From positions 3,649,340 through 3,713,339 of the forward strand of contig OZ257154.1 in assembly GCA_965279325.1 (NCBI GenBank): a DNA stretch of 64,000 nucleotides, given 5' to 3'. Below, one piece after another: positions 9,373 to 18,248 of this stretch; position 1 is the stretch's first letter; each line of letters begins with the position of its first letter. The position numbers and the translations under genes are program-made. Source of the DNA: Burkholderiales bacterium. Its GTDB lineage: Bacteria; Pseudomonadota; Gammaproteobacteria; Burkholderiales; Ga0077523. Below the pieces are notes generated by a model that was given only the letters and a program-made list of their open reading frames with translations, was not told the DNA's origin and did not search any database.

Positions 9373-9405
9373 CGGTGCTAGGTGCTAGGGAGTCGTTGAC
9401 TCGCT

Positions 9406-9500
9406 GCCCCCATCCCAACCTTCCCCCACGACTGCGTCGCGGGGGAAGGAGTGCACTGCTCTCTCCCCCGGCGTCGCCGGGGGAGGGTTGGGGTGGGGGC
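9406..9500. repeat. family-2 GC-rich three-way-junction repeat, copy a
   Basis: Outer stem GCCCCCATCCCAACC / GGTTGGGGTGGGGGC encloses hairpins TTCCCCCACGACTGCGTCGCGGGGGAA and CTCCCCCGGCGTCGCCGGGGGAG. Lies in the LivH-LivM intercistronic gap. Confidence 0.85.
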
Positions 9501-9507
9501 AACGGCT

Positions 9508-10404
9508 TCAAACACGATCAATGTGCTTCTCCCCGAAGAGCCCCTCGGGCCTCACGAGCAGGAACAGGAGTGCCAGCATGTATGCGAACCAGCCTTCGAT
9601 GCCGCCGCCGATCATCGGGCCCAGGTAGACCTCGGCGAGCTTCTCGGCCGCGCCGATGATGAGCCCGCCGACGATAGCGCCGAGGATGGATTCGAAGCCG
9701 CCGAGGATCAGCACCGGCAGCGCTTTCAACGCGACGAAGGTCAGCGCGAACTGCACGCCGTTGCGTGCACCCCAGAGCAATCCGGCCACCAGGGCGACGA
9801 AACCGGCTACCGACCAGACGATCGCCCAGATCTGCTTCAACGGAATGCCCACCGCGAGTGCAGCCTGGTGATCGTCGGCTACTGCGCGGAGCGCGCGGCC
9901 GATGCGCGTCTTGTTGAAGAACACGGCCAGGACCGCGACCAGGATCCCCGCCACCAGCGCGGCCGTGAGGTCGAACTTGCTCACGAGGATGCCGAACCGG
10001 TCCATGAGGACCCCGATGGGCTCGTCCTGGAGACCGAGGTCGAGGCGTCGCACTTCCGTGCCCCAGATGATCTGCGCGAGGCCTTCGATGAAGAACGCGA
10101 GCCCGATGGTGGCCATGAACAGCGTGATCTGCGGCTGGTTCACGAGCGGGCGCAGCACGACGCGCTCGATCAGCACGCCCAGCAGCACCATGACAGCGAG
10201 CGTGAGGATCAGGACCAGCCAGAAGGGCATTCCGGTCTTCTCCTGCAGTCCGACGAAGGTCAGCGCCGCGAAGAACACCATCCCGCCCTGGGCGAAGTTG
10301 AATACGCCCGAGGCCTTGTAGATGAGCACGAAGCCCAGCGCCACGAGCGAATACATGACCCCCGCAAGCAGGCCGCCGATCAGGACTTCGAAGAAGAATT
10401 GCAT
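9508..10404 (-). CDS. ABC transporter permease, LivH-type
   Basis: MQFFFEVLIGGLLAGVMYSLVALGFVLIYKASGVFNFAQG is a typical LivH N-terminus. Multi-TM. Confidence 0.9.
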   Translation of the reverse strand: MQFFFEVLIGGLLAGVMYSLVALGFVLIYKASGVFNFAQGGMVFFAALTFVGLQEKTGMPFWLVLILTLAVMVLLGVLIERVVLRPLVNQPQITLFMATIGLAFFIEGLAQIIWGTEVRRLDLGLQDEPIGVLMDRFGILVSKFDLTAALVAGILVAVLAVFFNKTRIGRALRAVADDHQAALAVGIPLKQIWAIVWSVAGFVALVAGLLWGARNGVQFALTFVALKALPVLILGGFESILGAIVGGLIIGAAEKLAEVYLGPMIGGGIEGWFAYMLALLFLLVRPEGLFGEKHIDRV

Positions 10405-10405
10405 G

Positions 10406-11164
10406 CTAGTGCGCCACGCCGAGATAGGCGTCGATCACGGCCTGGTTGCCGCGCACGTCGTCCGGAGACCCGTCACCGATCTTCTTGCCGTAGTCGAGCA
10501 CGACCACGCGATCGGAGATATCCATCACCACGCCCATGTCGTGTTCGATCAGCACGATGGTCGTGCCGAACTCGTCGTTCACGTCGAGGACGAACCGGCA
10601 CATGTCCTGTTTCTCCTCGATGTTCATGCCGGCCATGGGTTCGTCGAGCAGCAGCAGTCGCGGCTCGGCGGCGAGCGCGCGGCCCAGTTCGACACGCTTC
10701 TGTACGCCGTAGGGGAGGCGACCCACGGGGGTCTTGCGCACCGATTCGATCTGCAGGAAGTCGATGATGTGCTCCACCTTCTCGCGATGCTCGAGTTCCT
10801 CGCGGCGGTTCGGGCCGACGTAGAACGCCTGCGACAGCAGCCCGCACTTCATCTTCAGTGTGCGCCCCGTCATCAGGTTGTCGAGCACGCTCATGCCCTT
10901 GAACAGCGCGATGTTCTGGAACGTGCGTGCGATGCCCATGGTCGCCGCCTTGTGCGGGTCCATGGACGAGAAGTTCTGCCCGTCGAAGCGGATCGTGCCG
11001 TGCTGCGGCGTGTAGACGCCGTTGATGCAGTTCAGCATCGAGCTCTTGCCCGCGCCGTTCGGCCCGATGATCGCGCGGATCTCGTGTTCGCGCACGTCGA
11101 AGCTGATGTCGGTGAGTGCCTTTACCCCACCGAAGGCGAGCGAGATCTTCTCCACCGACAGCAT
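10406..11164 (-). CDS. ABC transporter ATP-binding protein, LivG-type
   Basis: ORF track 10406..11248, trimmed to MLSVEKISLAFGG at 11164 because the extension runs through a repeat. Walker A GPNGAGKSS, Walker B LLLDEPMAG. Confidence 0.9.
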   Translation of the reverse strand: MLSVEKISLAFGGVKALTDISFDVREHEIRAIIGPNGAGKSSMLNCINGVYTPQHGTIRFDGQNFSSMDPHKAATMGIARTFQNIALFKGMSVLDNLMTGRTLKMKCGLLSQAFYVGPNRREELEHREKVEHIIDFLQIESVRKTPVGRLPYGVQKRVELGRALAAEPRLLLLDEPMAGMNIEEKQDMCRFVLDVNDEFGTTIVLIEHDMGVVMDISDRVVVLDYGKKIGDGSPDDVRGNQAVIDAYLGVAH

Positions 11165-11196
11165 GACGTCACCGATGCGCCGCGCTGACGCGGACA

Positions 11197-11238
11197 CTCC
11201 CTCCCCCGTCGCGGATGGGGGAGAGCTGGGGTGGGTGC
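11197..11238. repeat. family-2 repeat, partial copy b
   Basis: CTCCCTCCCCCGTCGCGGATGGGGGAGAGCTGGGGTGGGTGC carries the hairpin-2 module plus the outer-right arm. Lies in the 80-nt ligase-LivG gap. Confidence 0.7.
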
Positions 11239-11244
11239 TATCGC

Positions 11245-13194
11245 TCAAGCGGCCACCTTCGGCACTTCAACGGGAAACGTCTTCGCCTCGCGGATCTTCA
11301 CGTCCGCGCGGATCATGCCCGTGCGACCATCCTCGAACTTCACCTGCGCCTCGATCTCGCAGTGGGTGTCGCCCGCGAACAGCGCGGTCACCAGTTGTGC
11401 ATAGCGCTCGGCGATGAAGCCGCGACGCACCTTGCGCGTTCGGGTCAGCTCGCCGTCGTCCGCATCGAGTTCCTTGTGCAGCACGAGGAACCGCCGGACC
11501 TGGGAGTTGCCGAGCTTGGGATCCGCGGCGAGATCGCGGTTCACCTTCTCGACGCATTCCTGGACCAGCGCGTACACCGCGTCCTTCTGCGCGAGATCGG
11601 TGTAGCCGGAATACGCGATGCCGCGGCGCTCGGCCCAGTTGCCAACCGAGCCGAGATCGATGTTGATGAAGGCGGTACAGATGTCGCGGTCGTGCCCGAA
11701 GGCGACCGCTTCCTTGATGTGCGGGAAGAACTTGAGCTTGTTCTCGATGTACTGCGGCGCGAACAGGGTGCCGTCCTTCAGCTTGCCCACGTCCTTCGCT
11801 CGGTCGATGATTTTCAGTTGCCCGTCGCCGTCGAAGAAGCCGGCGTCCCCGGTCATGAACCAGCCGTCCGGGGTGATCGACTCGGCGGTGGCGTCCGGGC
11901 GCTTGTAGTACTCCTTCAGCATGCCCGGCGTCTTCACCTGCACTTCGCCGTTGTCCGCGATGCGGATCTCGACCCCCGGCAACGGCGTGCCGACCGTATC
12001 GAGTTTCACGTTGCCCGTGGGCTGCTTGCAGACGTAGACGCTGGTCTCCGTCTGGCCGTAGAGCTGCTTCAGGTTCACGCCGATGGAGCGGTAGAAATCG
12101 AACAGGTCGGGCCCGATCGCGGCGCCACCGGTATAGGCGACACGCACGCGCGACATGCCCAGCACGTTGCGCAACGGTCCATAGACCAGGAGATCGCCGA
12201 GCGCATATTGCAACCGGTCACCGAGACTCACGTCGGCGGTGCGGCCGTCCATGACCTTCGCGCCGCAGCGCTTCGCCACCGCCATGAAGTGATGGAACAT
12301 CCGGCGCTTGAACGCCGCCGCGTCCTCCATGCGGATCATCACTGAGGTCAGCAGGTTCTCGAACACGCGCGGTGGTGCGAAGTAGTACGTCGGTCCGATC
12401 TCGCGCAGGTCGTTGAGCACCGTTTCGCTCGACTCCGGACAGTTCACGCAGAAGCCTGCCACCATCGCCTGCGCATACGAGAACAGGTGATCGCCGACCC
12501 ACGCCATCGGCAGGTAGGAGAGTACCTCGTCGTCGGCCGTGAAGCCGTCGAAGGCGATGTCGCCCTTCGACGCGGCGATCAGGGATGTGTGGGTGTGGCA
12601 GACGCCCTTCGGATTGCCGGTGGTGCCGGAGGTGTAGAGCATCACGGCGGTATCGTCGGGGTGCGCCCGAGCTATCTCGCCAGCATAGAAATCGGCATGC
12701 GCGCGATCGAACTCGCGCCCCGTTTCCTGCAATCGGTCGTAGGACAGCAGCACGGGATCCGGATAGTTGCGCAGGCCGCGCGGATCGTCGAAGACGATGT
12801 GCTTCAGGTTCGGATACTTCGCGCGAATCTCCAGCAGCTTGTCGACCTGCTCCTGGTCCTCCACCACGGCGAACTCGACCTCGGCGTTCTCGAGGACGAA
12901 CAGCATCTCCTGCGCGATTGCGTCCTGGTAGAGCGGTACGGGGATGCCGCCCAGCGCCTGCGCCGCGGCCATGGACCAATAGAGCCGCGGCCGGTTGTCG
13001 CCGACGATGGCCACACTCATGCCGCGCTTGAAACCGAGGGCCGCGAGCCCGCACGCGGCCGCGCGCACCTCGTCCGCCACCTGCCGCCAGGACCAGGACA
13101 GCCAGATGCCGAGGTCCTTCTCGCGGATCGCGGTTCGGTCGCCGCGTACGCTAGCGTGATGCAGCAAGAGGCGCGGAAAAGTGTCTGCGGACAT
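11245..13194 (-). CDS. AMP-dependent acyl-CoA synthetase (long-chain-fatty-acid-CoA ligase-like)
   Basis: ORF track 11245..13272, trimmed to ATG at 13194 (MSADTFPRLLL). AMP-binding motif MLYTSGTTGNPKGV. Confidence 0.9.
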   Translation of the reverse strand: MSADTFPRLLLHHASVRGDRTAIREKDLGIWLSWSWRQVADEVRAAACGLAALGFKRGMSVAIVGDNRPRLYWSMAAAQALGGIPVPLYQDAIAQEMLFVLENAEVEFAVVEDQEQVDKLLEIRAKYPNLKHIVFDDPRGLRNYPDPVLLSYDRLQETGREFDRAHADFYAGEIARAHPDDTAVMLYTSGTTGNPKGVCHTHTSLIAASKGDIAFDGFTADDEVLSYLPMAWVGDHLFSYAQAMVAGFCVNCPESSETVLNDLREIGPTYYFAPPRVFENLLTSVMIRMEDAAAFKRRMFHHFMAVAKRCGAKVMDGRTADVSLGDRLQYALGDLLVYGPLRNVLGMSRVRVAYTGGAAIGPDLFDFYRSIGVNLKQLYGQTETSVYVCKQPTGNVKLDTVGTPLPGVEIRIADNGEVQVKTPGMLKEYYKRPDATAESITPDGWFMTGDAGFFDGDGQLKIIDRAKDVGKLKDGTLFAPQYIENKLKFFPHIKEAVAFGHDRDICTAFINIDLGSVGNWAERRGIAYSGYTDLAQKDAVYALVQECVEKVNRDLAADPKLGNSQVRRFLVLHKELDADDGELTRTRKVRRGFIAERYAQLVTALFAGDTHCEIEAQVKFEDGRTGMIRADVKIREAKTFPVEVPKVAA

Positions 13195-13270
13195 GTCAGT
13201 GCCGCCGGGCCGCCCCAAGGCACGGACGCGCCCCCGTGGGGGGCAGAGAGCGAAGCGAACGTGGGGGCAC
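13195..13270. repeat. family-1 structured repeat, copy 2
   Basis: GTCAGTGCCGCCGGGCCGCCCCAAGGCACGGACGCGCCCCCGTGGGGGGCAGAGAGCGAAGCGAACGTGGGGGCA. Directly abuts the ATG at 13194 (0 nt). Confidence 0.9.
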
Positions 13271-13491
13271 ACTCATCGTGCCGCCGGGCTGGGTCAACTC
13301 CACTCCCTCCATTGTTGTCGTCGGCGCGCTGCGGTCTCCAGGCGCGTCTTCCCCCGAAAACGGGTGAGCAAGCGTAGCAGAGTCGGGCAGGATTGCGGTG
13401 TCGTCGGGACGACAATCCGGACGAGAACAGGAAGCTTCATGAACCTCGCAAAGCGTGGCCCCCGCCGGGAGAAGCGCCGCTCTGTTCGCGA

Positions 13492-14340
13492 TCAGTAGGT
13501 GTAGAACCCGCGCCCGGTCTTGCGACCGAGGTAACCGGCCTCGACCATTTCCACGAGCAGCGGCGCCGGTCGGTATTTGGAGTCCTTGAAGCCCTCGAAC
13601 AGCACCTGCATCACGGCGAGTTCCACGTCGACGCCGATCAGGTCGCACAGCGCCAGCGGGCCGATGGGGTGGTTGCAGCCCATGCGCATGGCGTCGTCGA
13701 TCTGCTGGGGCGTGGCGAGGCCCTCGCCGAGCGCGAACACGGCTTCGTTGATCATCGGGCAGAGCAGGCGGTTCACCACGAAACCGGGCGAGTTCTTCAC
13801 CTGCACGGGCGCCTTGCCCACGGCCTTGGAGATCGCTTCCGTGGCTGCGTAGGTGTCGTCCGAGGTCTGGAGCCCTCGGATCAGTTCCACGAGTTGCATC
13901 ACGGGCACCGGATTGAAGAAGTGCATGCCGATGACCTGGGCGGGGCGCTTGGTGGCGGTGGCCAGCTTGGTGATCGAGATGGACGACGTGTTCGAGGCGA
14001 TGATGGCTTCGGGCTTCGCCGCCGCATCGAGCTTGCTGAAGATGTCGAGCTTGAGCGGTAGGTTCTCGGTGGCCGCTTCGATGATCAGGTCGACGCCGGC
14101 GAGGGCGTCGAACGAGGTGGAGGTCGAGATGCGCGACAGGGCCGTGCCCTTGGCGTCGGCGGTCATCTTCTCCTTCTTCACGAGCCGCTCGAGGCTGCCG
14201 TCGACGTTCTTCAGGCCGCGGTCGAGGGCAGCCTGCGCCACGTCGGTCATGGTGACGGCATAGCCGGCCACGGCGAAAGCCTGGGCGATGCCGTTGCCCA
14301 TGGTGCCGGCGCCGACGACGCCGATGGTCTTGATCTGCAT
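13492..14340 (-). CDS. 3-hydroxybutyryl-CoA / 3-hydroxyacyl-CoA dehydrogenase
   Basis: NAD fold IGVVGAGTMGNGIAQ and full-length resemblance to Hbd/PaaH-type enzymes. Confidence 0.9.
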   Translation of the reverse strand: MQIKTIGVVGAGTMGNGIAQAFAVAGYAVTMTDVAQAALDRGLKNVDGSLERLVKKEKMTADAKGTALSRISTSTSFDALAGVDLIIEAATENLPLKLDIFSKLDAAAKPEAIIASNTSSISITKLATATKRPAQVIGMHFFNPVPVMQLVELIRGLQTSDDTYAATEAISKAVGKAPVQVKNSPGFVVNRLLCPMINEAVFALGEGLATPQQIDDAMRMGCNHPIGPLALCDLIGVDVELAVMQVLFEGFKDSKYRPAPLLVEMVEAGYLGRKTGRGFYTY

Positions 14341-14454
14341 AGGTCTGGTCTCTGAAAGGGAGGAGGCGGAGGTGGGATTCTAGGGCCAGTTAACCCCGAT
14401 CCGCACCTGTCCCCGTTTCAATGGCTGCAACCCCCTTCAACCACGGAGCACGCC

Positions 14455-15261
14455 ATGAAATTTCGCCGCCTTGCCCTCGCCCTCGCCCTGATGAGCTCGG
14501 CCGTTCCCGCCTTCGCCGTCGGTAACCTTGCCGACGTCACGCTGTACGACCGGGCCTCGGGCCGCATCCTGCCCACTTACTTCAGCGACGGCCGCTGGTA
14601 CGTGGCCGGGAGGCCGGGCAACGAGTACGAGATCCGGATCCGCAACCAGTCCGGCGGCGACGTGCTGGCGGTGACCTCGGTGGACGGGGTCAACGTCGTG
14701 TCCGGCGAGACCGCCGCGCCCGGCCAGACCGGCTACGTACTGACGCCGGGGAGCTATCTCCCGATCAAGGGCTGGCGCAAGGACATGACGCGTGTCGCGG
14801 CCTTCTACTTCACCCGGCTGGACGATTCCTACGCGTCGCGCACCGGTCGTCCGGACAACGTCGGTGTGATCGGCGTCGCCGTATTCCGCCGCAAGGTGGA
14901 ACCGCCGATCGCGATGGAGCAGGAGCAGCGGTATCGCCGCGAAGCGCCCATGGCGGGCGCCGCGAAGGACTCCGCCTCCGGCAATGCCGACGCGCAACCT
15001 TCCGCGCCGCGGCCCAGTGCCCGCGCCGAAAGCGCTCCTGCCGAGAAAAGCCTCGGCACCGGCCATGGCCGCATCCAGACTTCGCAGGTGCGCTACACGA
15101 GCTTCGAACGCGAATCCGAAACGCCCAACGAGGTCATCGCCATCTGGTACGACAGCCACACGAATCTCGTCGCGCGTGGTGTCATCCCGTCGCCGGTGCC
15201 GGCTCCGCGCGATCCGCAGCCGTTCCCGGCGAACTTCGTTCCGGATCCGCCCGCGCGTTGA
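14455..15261 (+). CDS. secreted hypothetical protein (two conserved-looking domains joined by an Ala/Pro/Ser-rich linker)
   Basis: GGAG 8 nt upstream. Signal peptide LALALALMSSAVPAFA. G/C-rich third codon positions. No family recognised. Confidence 0.7.
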   Translation: MKFRRLALALALMSSAVPAFAVGNLADVTLYDRASGRILPTYFSDGRWYVAGRPGNEYEIRIRNQSGGDVLAVTSVDGVNVVSGETAAPGQTGYVLTPGSYLPIKGWRKDMTRVAAFYFTRLDDSYASRTGRPDNVGVIGVAVFRRKVEPPIAMEQEQRYRREAPMAGAAKDSASGNADAQPSAPRPSARAESAPAEKSLGTGHGRIQTSQVRYTSFERESETPNEVIAIWYDSHTNLVARGVIPSPVPAPRDPQPFPANFVPDPPAR

Positions 15262-15295
15262 GGTTGGTGGGGCCAACCTCAACGCGCGGGCGGAT
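15245..15295. repeat. perfect 23-bp inverted repeat with 5-nt loop, overlapping the stop codon of the upstream gene
   Basis: ATCCGCCCGCGCGTTGAGGTTGG (15245-15267), loop TGGGG, CCAACCTCAACGCGCGGGCGGAT (15273-15295). The TGA stop at 15259-15261 lies inside the left arm. Confidence 0.9.
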
Positions 15296-15313
15296 ACCCG
15301 CGATCATTTGTGG

Positions 15314-15410
15314 CTCCCCCTCTTCCCCCCGCCCTTCTCCCCGAGGGAGAAGGGTGTCTTCATCCCTCTCCCTTCGGGAGAGGGACAGAGGGTGAGGGAA
15401 AAGCGAGGAG
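15314..15410. repeat. family-2-like GC-rich double-hairpin repeat, copy f (divergent)
   Basis: Hairpins CCCTTCTCCCCGAGGGAGAAGGG and CCCTCTCCCTTCGGGAGAGGG, flanked by CTCCCCCTC... and ...GAGGGTGAGGG. Lies between convergent genes. Confidence 0.6.
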
Positions 15411-15420
15411 CTTGTTCTCG

Positions 15421-16350
15421 CTACGTTCGCACGCCCATCCGCCGTTCCTTCGCCCGCACCAGCGCCGTGATGGCAGAGTTGGCGGGTGTATCCACGCCCA
15501 ACTCCGCACCGACGCGAACGATGGCACCGTTGATCGCATCGATCTCGGACATCCGTCCGGCCATGTGATCGAGCAGCACCGACGGGCGCGCATTCGGGAT
15601 CTTCGAGCCGAAGGCGCGCACGTAGGCCTCCGGTTCCTCGATGTCGAGCCGTACGCCTTTGGCCTTGCCCACGCGAAAGGCCTCCCGGGCGCAGTTCGCT
15701 GCCACCGACCACGCATCGGGATCGTCCATCACCTCGCCGATGGTGCGGTCGGTGACGGCGCACGGGCCCGAGAAGGTCACGTTGCAGATGAGTTTCTCCC
15801 ACACCAGTTGGTCGATGTCGTCGAAGCACTTCACGCGGAAGCCGCCGGATCGCCACACATCCGCGATCCGCTCCAGGCGTACCGTGACGGGGCCGGCGAA
15901 CTCACCGAAGCGCACCAGTTCCATGCCGTTGTGATGGGCATGGCCCGGGCCCTTCATCGAGGCACCGAAGCCACCCACCACGCCCACCAGCACGCGCTCG
16001 CGGCCGAGCACGCGCGCGGTGATGTCGGGACCGCCGAGGCCGTTCTGGATCGACAGCACGAGCGTCGCGGGGCCCACGAGCGGACGCGCCGCCGAGGCAG
16101 CCTGTTCCACATGCATGATCTTGGTGGCGATGATCACGAGGTCGCAGGTGCCGGCGTCGGCAGGGTCGGTGGTCGCCGAGATGCGCACGGTCCGGTCGCC
16201 GGAAACGCCCTCCAGCCGCAGGCCCTTCGTTCGCATGGCCTCCACGTGCTCGCGCCACGCATCGATGGCCCAGATCTGGTGGCCGGCCGAGGCAAGCAGG
16301 CCGGCGTAGACGCTGCCCATGGCACCGCAACCGACCACGGCGATCTTCAA
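15421..16350 (-). CDS. 2-dehydropantoate 2-reductase family oxidoreductase (PanE/ApbA-like)
   Basis: ORF track 15421..16467. Probable TTG start at 16350 overlaps the upstream TGA (TTGA). KIAVVGCGAMGSVYAGLLA Rossmann motif. Confidence 0.75.
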   Translation of the reverse strand: MKIAVVGCGAMGSVYAGLLASAGHQIWAIDAWREHVEAMRTKGLRLEGVSGDRTVRISATTDPADAGTCDLVIIATKIMHVEQAASAARPLVGPATLVLSIQNGLGGPDITARVLGRERVLVGVVGGFGASMKGPGHAHHNGMELVRFGEFAGPVTVRLERIADVWRSGGFRVKCFDDIDQLVWEKLICNVTFSGPCAVTDRTIGEVMDDPDAWSVAANCAREAFRVGKAKGVRLDIEEPEAYVRAFGSKIPNARPSVLLDHMAGRMSEIDAINGAIVRVGAELGVDTPANSAITALVRAKERRMGVRT

Positions 16351-17333
16351 GCGTTCTTCCCTTCGAGGCTTTTCGGATTGACCACCCGGATCGGAGCTCC
16401 GTCGAGGAAGGCCATCACGTTCTGGATCGACTCTGCGTAGAACTGCGCATACACCTCGCGGGTGCAATAGCCCAGGTGCGGCGTGAGGACGACGTTCGGA
16501 AGCGTGCGCAGCGGATGATCGGCCGGCAGCGGTTCGCGATCGTAAACGTCCAGGGCCGCCACGAGACGACCTCGGCGCAGTTCGTCCAGCAATGCTGCCT
16601 CGTCGATCAACGGTCCGCGCGAGGTGTTGATCAGGATCGCATCCGGCTTCATGCGCGTCAGCTCATTGCGGCCCACCACGCTGCGCGTCCGGTCCGAGAG
16701 CACCAGATGCAGCGAGATGGCGTCGCTCTCGGAGAAGAGCGTCGCCTTGTCCACCAGCCGTGCCCCGCAGGCCTGCGCGCGCTCCGCCGTCAGGTTCTGG
16801 CTCCAGCCGAGTACGTCCATGCCGAGCGCGGTGCCGACGCGCGCCACCCGCGATCCGATCTTGCCCAGTCCGACGACACCAAGCTTGCGGCCCTCGAGCA
16901 TCGTGCCGAGCGGGACGCCGTCCTGGAAGCGACCCGCGCGCAAGGAGCGATCCGAAGCGGTGACGTGCCGTGCCGCCGCGAACAGCAATGCCAGCGCGAG
17001 CTCGGCCGTGGTCGCGTTCGAATGATCGCTGCCGGTGTTGCACACCGGGATGCCGCGCGCCGTGCACGCGTCGAAATCGAGCGTTCCGGAGCGAACGCCG
17101 GTGAGCGCAATCATGCGCAGCTTCGGCAGCCGCTCGATGAGCGCCCTGGGAAACACCATGCGCTCGCGCATCGTGACGATGATGTCGAAGTCGGCCAGCG
17201 CTTTCGCGGCGGATTCGGCGGAATCGAAGGGCTGCGTGAAGAACTGGATCTCGGCCCTCCGCTCGAGCGCGGACCAATCCGCCGAGGAGCGCGCCACGTC
17301 CTGCCAATCGTCGAGGACTGCTATTCGGTTCAT
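16347..17333 (-). CDS. D-isomer-specific 2-hydroxyacid dehydrogenase (PGDH-like)
   Basis: ORF track 16347..17558, trimmed to MNRIAVLDD at 17333. NAD motif GVVGLGKIGSRVA and NTSRGPLIDEAAL block. Confidence 0.85.
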   Translation of the reverse strand: MNRIAVLDDWQDVARSSADWSALERRAEIQFFTQPFDSAESAAKALADFDIIVTMRERMVFPRALIERLPKLRMIALTGVRSGTLDFDACTARGIPVCNTGSDHSNATTAELALALLFAAARHVTASDRSLRAGRFQDGVPLGTMLEGRKLGVVGLGKIGSRVARVGTALGMDVLGWSQNLTAERAQACGARLVDKATLFSESDAISLHLVLSDRTRSVVGRNELTRMKPDAILINTSRGPLIDEAALLDELRRGRLVAALDVYDREPLPADHPLRTLPNVVLTPHLGYCTREVYAQFYAESIQNVMAFLDGAPIRVVNPKSLEGKNA

Positions 17334-17489
17334 GGGGTCGACCTTCCACCGCGAAGAGTACCGCAACGAAGGCCGACGGGCGCACCCGCGCCGGATCGAC
17401 CCTGTATCGCCGGCTCCATTTTTCCTGTTGAATGCCGGCGAATTCAAGTACCGATCCGATCCCTTCACCAGCAATACTGGAGAGACATC

Positions 17490-18239
17490 TTGGAACTCAA
17501 AGGCAAGGTCGCCATCGTCACCGGCGGCAACGGTGGTCTGGGCAGCAGGATCTGCCACGCGCTGGCGCGGGCGGGAAGCGACGTGGTCGTCGTCTATGCC
17601 CGCAGCCGTGAACCCGCCCTCGAAGTCGCAGATGCGATGCGAAAACTCGGCGTTCGAAGCGAGGCCTTGGCGTGCGACGTCACCAGCCCGGACAGCGTGC
17701 AGGCGCTGGTCGACGGCGTCGTCCAGCGTTTCGGGCGTGTGGATATCCTGGTCAACGACGCCGCCTACAACAAGTGGATCCCGTTCCAGGACCTGGACGC
17801 GATGTCCTTCGAGGACTGGCAGACCATCCTGTCCACCAACCTGACCGGACCGATGCTCTGCATCAAGGCCGTCGCCCGGGTCATGCGGCAGCAGGGCGCC
17901 GGGAGAATCGTCAATATCGCGTCGGTCGCGGGGCTCGCACCTTCAGGGTCGTCGATTCCCTACGCCGTTTCCAAGGCCGGACTGATTCATCTGACGCGCT
18001 GCATGGCGGTCGCCCTGGCCCCGGACGTCCTTGTGAACTGCATCGCGCCTGGCTATCTGGAAGGCACGAGGGCGACGTCGAATCTCGACCCTGCCTACCA
18101 GCAACGCTCCAGGGATACCGCGTTGCTCAAGCGCGCCGCCGACAAGGACGACGTCGCTGCCCAGGTGGTGGAGATGTGCCGCACCGACAGCATCACGGGC
18201 CAGACGCTGGCCATCGATGCGGGACGGGTGTTTCACTGA
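17490..18239 (+). CDS. short-chain dehydrogenase/reductase (SDR)
   Basis: In-frame TTG at 17490, 4 nt after GGAGAGA (ORF track 16476..18239 is mostly spurious). TGGNGGLG cofactor motif and YAVSK catalytic motif. Confidence 0.85.
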   Translation: MELKGKVAIVTGGNGGLGSRICHALARAGSDVVVVYARSREPALEVADAMRKLGVRSEALACDVTSPDSVQALVDGVVQRFGRVDILVNDAAYNKWIPFQDLDAMSFEDWQTILSTNLTGPMLCIKAVARVMRQQGAGRIVNIASVAGLAPSGSSIPYAVSKAGLIHLTRCMAVALAPDVLVNCIAPGYLEGTRATSNLDPAYQQRSRDTALLKRAADKDDVAAQVVEMCRTDSITGQTLAIDAGRVFH

Positions 18240-18248
18240 AGACCTGCG

